43,891 nucleotides of DNA. Origin: Octopus bimaculoides (Eukaryota). Shown here in pieces: positions 22,971 through 36,452 of this stretch. The position numbers and the translations under genes were made by a program. The stretch is from contig NC_068998.1 in the NCBI RefSeq assembly GCF_001194135.2, positions 20,634,592 to 20,678,482 of the forward strand. Reading direction: 5' to 3'. Every line of letters begins with the position of its first letter. The stretch's first letter is position 1. The notes beneath the pieces were generated by a model. That model ran no database searches, was not told the origin of the DNA, and saw nothing but the letters and a program-made list of their open reading frames with translations.

Positions 22971-23914
22971 AAAATGAAGAATGAAACAAACCTTAGTGGG
23001 CAGTAAAGTCTAAATATAGAGTGAAAAGAGCTACAAGAAAATATCCTTAGTGCAAAAATGCTAAAATCCTAACTGGAATTTTCAGTATTCATTCATAGTT
23101 TTCACATTGACAGTTCATGGCAAAAATGTTTTTTCTAAGATAAGCATGTTTTGGACTATTAACCTCAATTTTCAGAGAAGACTTTTTTTTTCTTTTAATA
23201 TTTATATTTACCCTTTGTTTTAATTGGTTTGTTTTCTGATAGTTATCAGATGTCTTATAACTAGATGCATACATAATACCTGACTGGATTTATGTAATAA
23301 GCTTTTATTTCTTAACAAATTGTAACAATATACTTATTCACAAGGCCATTTATATTGTTCCTATGTTCCCACCCACCTTAAAGCCCCCATACTAATCTCT
23401 ATACCCAGCCCTTTCTTCTCAGATTGTTGATCCTCTAGGATTATCTCTCTGTCTATTTATTACCTGCTGCTGTCAAATGGTAATTGTTGAAGAGGAGCAT
23501 TAACTGTTTCAGTCTCACTGTCTTCATAGGACCTGTACAGTCAATTTCTTTATTAGCCATGAGGTTGAGGAAAAGAGGGGATGATATGAGGACAGACAAA
23601 ACAAACATTGGGGTCAAGGGATCAAATGAGAGGAACCGTATGAATAAACAAACAATTAGAATATATACAATTAAATGAGAATGAGTGATTTACAAAAAAT
23701 GAAGTGGAGGATGCGGTGGACCCCACAAACCACATACTCACACAGAAGACTTTGCTTTGTCCTTTTATTGGTTCTCATTTAGACAGTCCTGGGCTCAACC
23801 ACTTCCAGTCAAAGAAAAAAATAATTAAAAAAAAACTCTTTTATATGTTGAGTGCATTTCTCATGTGTGTATATATTATCGTATAATTAATCTTGTAAAG
23901 TGATTGGAAATAGG

Positions 23915-24165
23915 AAGGGTATCTAGTCATAGAAACCATGTCAAAGCAGACATAAGAGCCTGAAGCAGCTCTGCAGTTTGTAACAAACTGCAGAGCTAGA
24001 TACCCTTCCTATTGCCAATCATTTTGCAAGATTAATTATATGATAATATATACACTCATGAGAAATACATTCAACATATAAAAGAGTTAACTCATCCAAC
24101 TTATGCCAGAATAGAACAGACATTAAATGATGATAATGATAATGATGATGATGATGATGACGATG
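23915..24165 (+). mobile_element. SINE-like family C, degenerate
   Basis: ggaagggtatctagtcatagaaacc...catccaacttatgccagaatagaacagacattaaatgatgat. Confidence 0.55.
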
Positions 24166-25549
24166 ATGAAGATGATGAATCCTCTTTTTCATAATTTAGA
24201 AATAAGGCACCAATGATTCAGTCATTCAGACTGATTTTTAGCACCTTTTTCTGCCTTGTCCCATGTAGAATCACTTTCTCTCATTTTACCTTCAACTGTT
24301 CTTCAGTAGGTTTGTTTTCGCCATTCAGGCTTTTACTTTCCAGATAATGTCAATCTTAAGTTAATACTAACTTTCTCATCTATTGTGAGTCATCTGAGCC
24401 ATGAGCATTTTATTTCAAGAACTTCTTTATTGCAACCAGTTTTGAGGCATAGTTCCTCATTTGATAGTCTGATTTTTCAGAATGACATTGTAGGGTAACT
24501 GTGATTGACTGGATCTGGCCAGTTTGAAAATAAAACAGATAGACTCTTTGGGCTGGATACGGCCAGTTTAAATGCTAAAGGGTTATATGTTATATATGAA
24601 AATAAAGAATAAACAATTCAGCAGTGATTGGATAACAGGATGTATCAAATTAATGATACAAGTTGCCAAAAATCGTCAGAGAAAATCTGAAAAAACTTTT
24701 GACTCAACCTAGTTTAAAACCTTTATCACATGTACACATTTTTTTCATTCAGACGCACAACTTAGTTTTTATTATAATTATAACTATTACTCTGACCAGC
24801 ACAGTTGTCATAACCACAACAACAACAACTAATACTACTCCACTACTACCGCTACTACCACTTCTAATAGTACAATTCACAACAGTTATTGATTATATAA
24901 ACATTTAACAGATAAAACTTCAATCGTATGTTCTTATTTTGAGTACTGTTTGAGTTGTATTTCCCTATCACCTCATTGTCCTATAATAATTCTTAGCAAC
25001 ACCTATATCATTAACAGTTTTGTTTGCTTTATTAATTCTTTCATTCTTTTATTGGTTCTGGTCATTGGACTGTGGCCATGCTAGAGCACCCCTTTAAAGG
25101 TTTCAGTAGGCCATATCAAAACCAGTACTTTCTTTAGTTTGATACTTCTCTTCTTGATCTCTGTCGAATGGTTAAATTGCCTTTTGGCATAAAAGAAAGT
25201 AACTTGACATCATTTTACAATGGTATATTCTAAGATACACATATATCCATATAAAAAATACAGAAACTTGTTGAAAGTGAGAGCATGCGCATCACAGGAG
25301 AGATCTTCAAAGGAAGAACTTCCATTCGACAAGTGTTACGGCCCTTATACCTGACATTCTATGGGAGCCGGGCCCACCCAGGTCATAACTCCTAGGTATC
25401 CTCCTGCTGCTTTCCAAAATCCTATCTCCAGCGGGATTTTGAACCTGGATAATTTTTTTTGTTATATTGTGTTCCCAGGTCTGTGTTTTGGCCCACTAAG
25501 CCACTCTGACTGACAAAGGATCCAGTTCGCTTCTTCCTCATACTTCCTG

Positions 25550-25936
25550 TGTGGAGGCGCAATGGCCCAGTTGTTAGGGCAGCGGACTCGCGGTCATAAG
25601 ATCGCAGTTTTGATTCCCAGACTGGGCGTTGTGAGTGTTTATTGAGTGAAAACACCTAAAGCTCCACGAGGCTCCGGCAGGGGATGGTGGCGAACCCTGC
25701 TGTACTCTTTCACCACAACTTTCTCTCACTCTTACTTCCTGTTTCTGTTGTGCCTGTAATTCAAAGGGTCAGCCTTGTCACACTGTGTCACGCTGAATAT
25801 CCCCGAGAACTACATTAAGGGTACACATGTCTGTGGAGTGCTCAGCCACTTGCACGTTAATTTCACGAGCAGGCTGTTCCGTTGATCGGATCAACTGGAA
25901 CCCTCGACATCGTAAGCGACAGAGTGCCAACAACAA
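25550..25936 (+). mobile_element. tRNA-derived SINE family D, full length, young
   Basis: tgtggaggcgcaatggcccagttgttagggcagcgg...gattcccagac...gagtgccaacaacaa. Confidence 0.92.
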
Positions 25937-26759
25937 TACTTCCTGTACATAACCAATGGAATCCATAACTAGGTCCATTGGTAATTTCTCTTTGCCCATA
26001 TCCACATTGAGCTCTTTTCAACAACATCAGACAAGCATTTGATTGTGGCAGTTCTTCTGTGGCCTTTGATACGCAACTGCCTGAGTAGCTGAGAAGCTGA
26101 TGCAGCCATGAATCCTTGCTATCCAACTTCAACTGGCTTCACAGTACAGTGATAGCCCTCACTGCTTTGCCAGCTCACCATATTTGCTCATCTTAAAGAT
26201 GTGCTGCTCTTGTGTGGCTCTTAATATGTTTTAATATTCCACTTAGGCATTGTGGGACTAACAACCTGGTGTTGAACTCAATATACATATGCTACAGAAT
26301 GAAGCATTAGTTGAGTACAGAAAAGTGATAAGAAAATGAAATGACGAAAGGATTAAATAATTATCATATGAACTTCATTAGCTTACAGCTGTTTCTGCTA
26401 TTAGATGCAGTAGATTCATAGCTGAGTGCCTGAGTAACACCTTACAGCTTCATTGGAGCCTTGAATATGAAAGACAATTGAGGTAGTGATAAAGCTAAAA
26501 GGTGTTATTCAGGTTCTTAACTATGAGTCTACCGTATCTTATAATATCAGAAACAACTGTAAGCTAATGAAGTTCATAAAATAATCATTTATTCCTTTGT
26601 CATCTCAAATTCTTATTGATGCTTTATATCTTAATGTGTAAAACACCTTAACCACTAGGCCATGTAAGTTACCCTACATGTTCCTATAAGTGTTTTTGTT
26701 GGTTGGCTTGTCTTTTTCGGTGAAAGGGAAGGTGAGTTAGCGAGGTAATGTGATAAAAT

Positions 26760-26960
26760 ACAGAGAGAGAGAGAGAGAGAGAAACTGAGACAGACAGAAA
26801 AGAGAGATATAGTCAGACAGAGAAAGAGAGAAAGAGAGAGAGGGGGTAGACAGAGAAAGAGAGAAGAGAAAAGGAGAGAGAGAGATAGACAGGCAGATAG
26901 ACAAAAAAGATATAGATAGACAGACAGATGGATAGATAGATAAAGAAGAAGAAGAAAGAA
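26760..26960 (+). repeat. (GA)n/(GACA)n/(GATA)n compound microsatellite
   Basis: Seen directly. Confidence 0.85.
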
Positions 26961-27540
26961 ATAATGATGTGAGTTAATGAGAATAATGAAGTAGAGTGAG
27001 TAGAATAAAAAAGAAAAAGAACAAGTGGAAGAAGGCAAAATGAAATGAGAAAATGGAACAAAGTAAAAACATTATGAATTGCAGAAAAGAAGCTGGAATA
27101 ATTCCTGTAATTTTTTTATGGTTTATGTAACAAACACATGCAGACACACATACACACAAAGCACATACATGCATATAAATAATACACATATATATATATT
27201 CACCCCCCCCCTTTCTCCCTCATTCTCATTATCATCCCTTCTCACTCTGTTTCCACTGATCACCTTCTTCCTGAGTCATTTCAATCACTCTCGTCTTAAC
27301 CCCGACCCCGCTCCCCATACTGATAATTCCCATCAACCATACCACCTTCACCCTTGTTCACTGCTCACTACATTCACCTTCATGCACATCTCTAACCATC
27401 TGTGTTCTCTTCCCTCACACTCTTACCCTCTCCTTCACCCTCTCATCCACTGTCTGCATTCTCTCTTAGGCTCACCTCCTTGCACCTTAAGAGTTGCTCT
27501 GGCCTCCCATCACTGCCATCTTTATCTTCTTCATACCTCC

Positions 27541-27790
27541 TAATCATCATCATCATCATCATAACCACCACCACCACCACCACAGCCACCACCACCACCA
27601 CCACCACCACCACCGCTGCAACCGCCACCACCACCACCANNNNNNNNNNNNNNNNNNNNNNNNNNNNNNNNNNNNNNNNNNNNNNNNNNNNNNNNNNNNN
27701 NNNNNNNNNNNNNNNNNNNNNNNNNNNNNNNNNNNNNNNNNNNNNNNNNNNNNNNNNNNCATCATCATCATCATCATCATCATCATCAAT
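27541..27790 (+). repeat. (CAT)n/(CAC)n microsatellite spanning an N-gap
   Basis: Seen directly. Confidence 0.85.
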
Positions 27791-27990
27791 GCCTGTTTTC
27801 CATGCTGGCATGGGTTGGACGGTTTGACAGGAACTAGCAAGGTCAGGAGGCCACACCAGGTTCCATAGTCTGTTTTGGCCTAGTTTCTACAGCTGGAAGC
27901 CCTTCCTAATGCCAACTACTTTACAGAGTATACTGGATGCTTTTTATGAGACACCAGCACCTACACCAATGCTTTTTACATGGTACCTTG
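27770..27990 (-). mobile_element. SINE-like family C copy
   Basis: ttccatgctggcatgggttggacggtttgac...gcccttcctaatgccaac. Confidence 0.8.
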
Positions 27991-28149
27991 GTTTTAGGAT
28001 CTCAGTTCTGTTGCATAATTTTGGTTAGTCATGTACCTCCTCTATAACAAGGCACCTGGCATAAACCATCTCTCCTCCCCACTTAGTTGAGGTAGTGGGG
28101 AGAGGGTAGCTTTTCCCTTTCTTTTCTTGTCTTTCAAGTTCCTTGGCAA

Positions 28150-28355
28150 TCTCACTAGTGTTGGTGGCATAAAAAAAGCGCCCAGTACACATTGTAAAGT
28201 GACTGGTGCTAGGAAGGGCATCAAACCGTAGAAACCATACCAAAGCTGACATTGGAGCTTGGCCCTGTCCTGAGGCTCACAGAATCCTGTCAAACCATCC
28301 AATCCATGACAACATGGAAAATGGACATTAGATGATGATGATGATGATGATAATG
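28150..28355 (+). mobile_element. SINE-like family C copy
   Basis: aggaagggcatc..ccgtagaaacc...gtcaaaccatccaatccatg..catggaaa..(GAT)n. Confidence 0.75.
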
Positions 28356-28789
28356 ATGTTCATGATGATACACACATGCACACATGCACTGATGCATGCA
28401 TATTCACNNNNNNNNNNNNNNNNNNNNNNNNNNNNNNNNNNNNNNNNNNNNNNNNNNNNNNNNNNNNNNNNNNNNNNNNNNNNNNNNNNNNNNNNNNNNN
28501 NNNNNNNNNNNNNNNNNNNNNNNNNNNNNNNNNNNNNNNNNNNNNNNNNNNNNNNNNNNNNNNNNNNNNNNNNNNNNNNNNNNNNNNNNNNNNNNNNNNN
28601 NNNNNNNNNNNNNNNNNNNNNNNNNNNNNNNNNNNNNNNNNNNNNNNNNNNNNNNNNNNNNNNNNNNNNNNNNNNNNNNNNNNNNNNNNNNNNNNNNNNN
28701 NNNNNNNNNNNNNNNNNNNNNNNNNNNNNNNNNNNNNNNNNNNNNNNNNNNNNNNNNNNNNNNNNNNNNNNNNNNNNNNNNNNNNNNNN

Positions 28790-28835
<46 letters not shown>

Positions 28836-30999
28836 TATATATGTATGTATGTATGCATATACATACAACATAATGGCTGCAACTCGATTTCAAGTAATGC
28901 CCTCGCATGATTGATCTCTTAAACCTGAACAGCACAGAGGCAGTTTGTCAGTTCTATTAGGGACCAACACTCTTTTGCACAGATGTGGTATCAATGGGCA
29001 CCTCTTGCAGTAGGTGTTCAGAGAGCCTGTTACTCACAGTGACACACACCTTCAAGTCATCATGGAAAGTTTTCATTGAGTGGTTTACCTTTCTCAATTA
29101 AGGCCAACCATAATATGCAACACATAATAGAAATGTTAAAAATAAAGTGATGCCTAAATCTAGAGCTTTTGAAAGCAAGGAAAGGCATTGCACAATGCCA
29201 ATCTTACTCTCTAAACCACATATCCATTCACGCAAAAAGAAGAACTAGTCTATGGCATTGGATGCAAACTAAGTTGCAGGTGTGACATCAGAGTTTTCCT
29301 TTCTGAAAGAGGTGCCTAAACAAAGACTAGAAGTTTCTCACTTAGCTAGAGGCGGGCCATTGACTCTACTGAGTTCATCCACTTTTTGACAGGTTTATCT
29401 TTATGTACTGCTAAATGTCCAGTATCAACCGTATCCTTAACCATGTAGGCTTGGTTGGGTTGCCAGTTCAGTTGCTGATGGACTGACCATGCAACAGGTT
29501 GTACATGGCTACATGTTACTAGTAGCACTAAGAGTGTATATACATACAAACATGCCTATTTATATGCAAACATATATACATGTATATATACATACATGAT
29601 GGCTGTCTATTTGGGACTGAGGAAGACCATCACTGACCATTGCCCAAGCAAAATGTCAGCAATGAAGTTATTGTACTCGTGGTCGGCTTCATCTAGGTTT
29701 GTACTTGTGGCTTCCATACTTCCCATGGCGTTTTCCTATTTGACTGAGCATCAGAAAGTCACCTCATTGGCGATTATTGCATCAGCAGTCAGCTTCATCT
29801 GGATTTGCGTCTGTGGCTTTCATGATTGCAGCTGTGCCTTCCAACCCAATTAGGCACTGGAAAGTCACCTCACTGGAAATTGCACACTCTAAAACATTAG
29901 GCCTAATAAGGCTTGCACATCACCTCACAGACCCTTCCTACCCTACTGATACAATCCAGAGACAAGCCAGGGTAAGCTATCCAGTGCCAATACAAATCTA
30001 AGACTCAGGAATGTGGGAGAGCCATGATTTAAAGTGTTGTCTCACAGTTGCTGACAGTAAACTTCATTTCTTCCCCTGACCAAGGTTTTAGCTGGTTAGC
30101 CAGACTTCGTTCTCACTGAGTTGTCACTAAGTGACTGAACTCGTTGAGTCATCACCGAAGTGACTAACTGGTTAAGTCGTCACCATGTGACTGAACTCAC
30201 TTTTTGCTTGGGGTTCTTGCTTTTATAACTATCCAGAAGGATAGACATATCATTGAGAACAATAGATTTAGTTGGTGGTCTTGTTATCTCTATTCTAGCT
30301 TTTGGTGAAATAGAAGAGGTTAGAAAGGGTCAAGTAGTGAAGACATTGTTTAGGCCTAGCTAAAGGCATCTGGCATATGTAAAACTGCTGTCAGAGAAAA
30401 ACCATTGTTCCACCATGGGAAAAGTTCTGTTGAATTGTTAATTTAAATTTGGCTATGGTGGATCGAATCCACTTCATGCATGCAAGATTCACTATATATA
30501 CATATGGAATACACACATACACCACAGACACATAAACAGTAACGAATACAAGTACATGCATACACAGTTATGCACATGCTAACCTATCCATATACATACA
30601 TGCNNNNNNNNNNATCTGGCATATGTAAAACTGCTGTCAGAGAAAAACCATTGTTCCACCATGGGAAAAGTTCTGTTGAATTGTTAATTTAAATTTGGCT
30701 ATGGTGGATCGAATCCACTTCATGCATGCAAGATTCACTATATATACATATGGAATACACACATACACCACAGACACATAAACAGTAACGAATACAAGTA
30801 CATGCATACACAGTTATGCACATGCTAACCTATCCATATACATACATGCATAAGCCAAGCAGGCATGCACATGCACATATACATACATGCATAAGTGCAT
30901 GCACATATACATACGTATGTGCATACATATGAGCATGCATGCATACATACATATGTGTATACTAACATGCGTGCGTGCATACATACTTACATACATGAA

Positions 31000-31140
31000 G
31001 GGCTTCAGCACAGTTTCTGTCTACCTCCTTCTCTTCTTAAAGTATTGATGAACCAATGCACTTGCCAATAGTGCTACGCCGTAGCTTCGAACCTAGAACT
31101 ACTGGTTTACAAAGCCAACCTCTTAACCACACACCTATGC
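31000..31140 (-). mobile_element. SINE family A head, degenerate
   Basis: cagtttctgtctacc...cttcgaacctagaact...cttaaccacacacctatgc. Confidence 0.55.
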
Positions 31141-32059
31141 TTCTGCCGAGACGTTGGCTTCAATCAATATGACGTAATTAAATGGACATAACATCCATTA
31201 TGATGCTTAGTTTAAGTAGTACTAGACACTTCTATTTTGCATCCCTTATGGGGGCTTAGAAAGTTAAGTCCCAGTAATATTTTGGAGTAATTTTCTTTGA
31301 CTATATCCACAATAAGAACGTGGTATTCTTATATTGCCAAAAGACATCGTTGTTACGCATTCTATGATGTTTGTAATAATATATTTTATTCTGTCGACTA
31401 TCTGTTTGAAAACATTATGATTACAATCCAGTTAGGATTAATTATAATTATTATAATTCTTGTAGGTGTTTGTTTTCTTAGTTTTTATTAAAATAAATGT
31501 ACAGTTGTTAATTTTCTTTCAAAAATACGATCATTAACATTTTAAAACCCTTTAGATTGTATATCTAAGTAAATACAGCTGATTCATGAATGGGTTTATA
31601 TTTCGGGTATGTGGAGCGCATGATGTACGTAGAAGTAACAGAACGGAATAAAAATAACAAAAATGAATATATAAAAAAGGCGATTCTTTACCAAGAGATC
31701 CTCCTTTTGCCTCTAATCTTTGGGAGAAGGTTCCCTCGAAATCGTAAAGCCACGTCAGCTGTCCAGCTTGCAGTTACAGGTTACAAACCAACCTACATGT
31801 GTGAATGTGTGTGAGTATCAGGTGCCGGCAAAGTGGTCAATATTGACCCCTGAATGTGTGCGTGTAAGGGTTTTATGTGGCTAGCCAAGGGGGTCTAGAA
31901 ATATTAAATATTCCGACTATATCAATATAATATGACTGAATTTTTATTGTTCGTTATCAATTTCAACGTATTTTCACTAAAAAAACGACAATGACACCAC
32001 AAAGAAGGAAGAAAGAATTGTTTTTTAACCAAGAACATTTTTATTAATAAAGTATACCT

Positions 32060-32225
32060 TTTAAATTAGCATATTCTGAGTTCAAATTCCGCTGAGGTCG
32101 ACTTTGCCTTTCATCATTTCGAGGTCGATAAAATAAGTACCTGTTGCGTACTGAGATCGATGCAATCGATTTGCTCGCTCTCTCGAAACTGCTGGTCTTG
32201 TGCCAAGATTTGAAATCAATTTTAG
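32060..32225 (+). mobile_element. SINE family B
   Basis: ttctgagttcaaattccgctgaggtcgactttgcctttcatc...aagtacc. Confidence 0.8.
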
Positions 32226-32319
32226 TTTAGAATTTTTCTAGGTGCGGTCGATAATTTTATAACGATTCCATGAAAGGGTCAATGATAGAACAAATTTGCT
32301 GACCCCTGAAATAACATAT

Positions 32320-32575
32320 ATCCTTTCTATTATAGGCACAAAGCCTGAAATTTTAGCAATGGTAGTGGTGGTGATAGGGTCTAGTCGATTACATCGATCC
32401 CAGTGCTCAGCTGATATTTATTTCATCAAATTCTGAAAGGATGAAAGGCAAAGTCAACCTCAGTGGAATTTCAACTCAGAATGTAGAGATAGATGAAATT
32501 ACCGCTAAGCATTTTGTCCGGCGTGCTAACAATTCTGCCGGATGAAATGCCGCTAAATAGCTTGTCCGGCGTGCT
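32320..32575 (-). mobile_element. SINE family B with a locally duplicated head segment
   Basis: tcctttctattataggcacaaagcc...gaaaggcaaagtcaacctc...gtccggcgtgcta, with the head block present twice. Confidence 0.8.
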
Positions 32576-33667
32576 CAAGACCCTGATACACACACACACA
32601 CACCTGTGTGTGTGTATATATATATATATAGATATATAGATATATGCATGTATATATGTGTGTATATATGTATACACACACACATGTGGAAATAGAGTAA
32701 AAGATAGCTAGAATCTTGCACCAAACATTGTACTTTCTTCCATCTTTCTCTCTCTCTCTCTATTTTCTTACACACTAACTTTCTCTTTAACCTTTTCCGC
32801 CTTCCTCTTGCTTCATTAAACATGCTTCTGTTCTCCATGCTGCATCAATATTTATACTTAGTTCGCTAACAGAGGGCCACCACTACCACTATCACTACCA
32901 CTACCACATCTGTACACCACACAGCATCACTTCTCTGCACCACGCAACACTATATATATATCAGCGGTTGCTTCGGTGAGTGTTTTTTCGACCGGGTTTT
33001 CATTTCGGCATATAACAATAACGTGACTATGTTGAACTTTAATGATAGCTGACACCTGTAACTTCTGCGCTACAAAACAGACACACACTATCAGGTGAGA
33101 AAATAGTTTTCTTTTCATTTATTATTTTTTTTCTAATGATACACCATAAAGCCAAGCCTTTGCGGACGTGACCCCTAAGGTAATCCCATAAACCGGCCTT
33201 AGCTAACTTTAATATATTTATATATATATCGATAGATAGATATGATTACGCAAGAACAAAACAATACAAAAATACCGCAAGTCGTCATTCAATGTTGACA
33301 TTGCAGTAGCCGTAGTGGCTACTTATTCCACAAGCGCCTTCAATCCTCCTCACCTTTCTCGTCCTCTTCCTCATTACCCCATCTCCTCCTCCGCACGTCG
33401 TCGCCATCATCATCATCATCATCATCAAACTCGAGCCCAACGTCATCGTCGTCGTCATCATCATCGTCATCATCATATCCTGTAGGCCCTCTGCATTCAT
33501 TAGCAACACTGTCTTCCTCGTCATCACCATTAAGATTAAAAAAAAAAAAAAACACTTTTGTTTATGGTGTGGGCTGGAATAAGTTCACCGAAATTATCAG
33601 TTTTCTGTACTTATATGATAGTAAAACACCACGCGCGCGCACACATACACATTATATATGTATATTT

Positions 33668-33791
33668 CTAACCATGTTGTTTCAGGTTCAGTCCCACTAC
33701 ATGGCACCCAGGGCAAGTGTCTTCTAGCATAGCCTTGGGATAACCAAGGCCTTGTGAGTGGATTTGGTAGGCGGAAACTGAAAGAAGTCTG

Positions 33792-33845
<54 letters not shown>

Positions 33846-34240
33846 TTGTATGTATGTATGTATACATGTATGTATGTATATATGTATGTATATATCTATG
33901 TGTGTGTCTTTGTGTCTGTGTTTGACCCCCTATCACTACTTGACAACTGGGGTTGGTGTGTTTATGTCCCTGTAACTTAGCAGTTCAGCATAAGAGACCA
34001 ATAAAATAAGTACCAGGCTTAAGACATAAGTCCTCAGGTTGATTTGTTCGACTTCAAAGCCCTTCAAGGTGGTGCTCCAGCATATATGGCTACGATCATA
34101 TATGTATATGTTTGTGCGTCTGTGTTTGTCCCCTACCCTCACTTGACAACTGATGTTGGTGTGTTTGTGTCCCTATAATTTGGCGGTTCAGTGGATGAGA
34201 CTGGTAGGAGGAGTACTAGGCTTACGAAGAATAAGTCCAG
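33668..34240 (+). mobile_element. SINE family A plus a duplicated 3' half
   Basis: caggttcagtcccactacatggcacccagggcaag...(TA)n...ggtggtgctccagcat; the 3' block repeats from ~34110. Confidence 0.85.
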
Positions 34241-35208
34241 GTGAGCTGTCCCATGATTAAAAATGTTCGTCCTTGTTACATAATTTGTCATGAAGATTCT
34301 GCTTAAGAATTAAATTAAGGGTGCATACATGTCCATGGAATACTCAGCCACTTTATGTTAATTTCAGAGTAAATAACTCAGTTGATTGAACAACTGGTCG
34401 ATGTATTAGCTCTACTTCCAAAAATTTATACTACCATCTACTAACCTGAAAATGCATCATTTCTTCTCTTTTATGTTTTTTACCACTATCACATTATCAT
34501 CTGCTCCTCTGAATTAGCAGGTTAGCAAGTTCTGGGCCACTTTCACTCAATGTCCCTGAGAGAACTGCCTAGGTATTGGGGTCTGGTCTCTGTTCTGGAA
34601 ATAAATTCCTTCTACCACTAAAGAAAACCCTAAATTAGGTCATAAGCATTGCCCTTTCTCCTCTGACTGAGCTCTTAAATAAATAAATAAAAATGTATCA
34701 AAATAAATTTTGTGAAAGGATTCTCTTGGACTTTTATCTTACTTATATAGATCAATGTAATCATATTCTATTCTCTCAACACTGTTTATCAAAGACAAAC
34801 TAAACTCTCATAGATAACTACATAGATCTGTGGATGCATATATACACCCATACATATTCATACAAGCATAAGCACACACTTGTAAGGATACAAACCCACA
34901 TATACAGATATACATGTGCAAATATCTGACTTCTTTTTACACTTACAAATTTACTCATACATACCATGTATATAATACACACACACGTGTGTGTGTGTGT
35001 AACTAATATATATGTATATAGGGTTCACCAAAGTCCCAACTGGTGAAGCACTATTTGGTGATTCAAGAAAAATTAGTGACAGACACCCATCTAAAAGAAT
35101 GCACTAGTATACCAATAATAAAACTTGATGGAAATGTTGACCTTCTGTGTAGACACTACCTATTTCAGTATGGACACTGATATATATTGACAAGAAGAGG
35201 GTTTAGGT

Positions 35209-35997
35209 ATGGGTTCACCATTATCACCGATAATAGCCAATATATACATGGAATACTTTGAGAATTTGGCTTTAGGATCAACACCACTAAAACCAACCCT
35301 ATGGCTGCGATATGTTGATGACACCTTTATACTCTGGGCCCACCAGGAAGATGTCCAAGTTCTGTTAGATCATGTGAACTCAATAAAGCCATCCATACAG
35401 TTCACAATGGAAAAGGAAAAAGACAATCAGCTAGCATTCCTGGACGTATTAATAACACGCACCAAGTATGGATTCAGGACATCTGTATACCACAAGCTGA
35501 CCTTCACTGGACGATACCTTAACTTCAATTCCCACCATCCATACAGTGTAAAGAGAAGGATTGCTCAATGCCTAAAACATCGAGCAAAGAATATAAGCAA
35601 TGATCGTGATACCCACCACATAGAAATGATCAAACTCAGTAACAATCTATTAAGCAACAACTACTCCAAAAACATACTATCTACTCCAATTATGAAGAAA
35701 AGAGACGATGAAACCAATAAACTGTCCATAGTCTGTCTACCCTATGTGAAAGGCTTCTCCGAAAAGATACAAAGGATATGCGGCCCATATGACATCAGGA
35801 CAGTATTCAAGAGTAATACAACACTTTGCAAATATCTCCTTCGAGTAAAACCACCAATAGAAGAGAATATGACCAAAAACTGCGTGTACTCCATCCCATG
35901 CAGCTGTGGTAGGTTATACAAAGGCGAAATATGCTGTTCCCTCAAAATAAGGGTAGACAAACATCGCAAAGCTGTGACACGAGGAGATATTGATTAA
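35209..35997 (+). pseudogene. PLE RT/GIY-YIG open segment (262 aa) of a disrupted ORF
   Basis: ORF track; YVDD catalytic motif present; bounded by premature stops. Confidence 0.9.
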
Positions 35998-36257
35998 TCG
36001 AGTATAGCTGATCATGTATGGAAAAATGGAGACCACCTCCACCTTTGGGATGAAGTTAAAATAATAGACAGAGAACACCACTGGAAAATACAAAAACTAA
36101 AAGAAGCAGCACATATGCTAGAACACAACAACCTCCTAAGCAGACTGAGTGCAGATATGAATAAGCAGATATGAACAGCATATGGGAACCGGTATTAAGG
36201 AAGGATAGGAAAATATTAGATTTATAAGCCCTAAAAATCTACTCCATAATTGCCAAT

Positions 36258-36331
36258 GGGCATATGGCATAGAAGTTAAGAGTATGGGCTACTAACCCCA
36301 AGATTCCGAGTTCGATTCCTGGCAGTGACCT
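36258..36331 (+). promoter_or_regulatory. tRNA-like Pol III promoter module in the PLE 3' region
   Basis: A box TGGCATAGAAG (36265-36275), anticodon-like arm ggg-ctactaa-ccc, B box GAGTTCGATTCC (36308-36319), then (AAT)n. Confidence 0.7.
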
Positions 36332-36406
36332 GAATAATAATAATAATAATAATAATAAATTGAAAAATACCTTAGGAATGGGAACCAAGGTTCGAAATTT
36401 CTCCAA

Positions 36407-36452
36407 GACACCTGATGAAGGCTGGAAGGTATATCAGCTGAAACGTTGTGTT
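36407..36452 (+). ncRNA. Minimal hammerhead ribozyme (PLE type)
   Basis: GACAC-CTGATGA-A-GGCTG(gaaggtatat)CAGCT-GAAAC-GTT-GTGTT: intact core, stem I GACAC/GTGTT, palindromic ACGT stem III. Confidence 0.8.

Noticed and set aside
28328-28935. Long ORFs containing X runs (also 3366-3902, 11382-11852, 27402-27868)
   Set aside because: Open only because they cross N-gaps and microsatellites.
29596-30050. Possible retroelement coding remnant
   Set aside because: Composition is suggestive but no diagnostic motif survives; not annotated.
30368-30849. Exact ~235-bp direct duplication
   Set aside because: The copies flank a 10-N gap. The same overlap pattern occurs at 16320, 42010 and 17939, indicating scaffolding artefacts.
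33340-33555. Poly-Asp ORF on the minus strand
   Set aside because: (GAT/GAC)n low-complexity sequence with no true ATG or acceptor.
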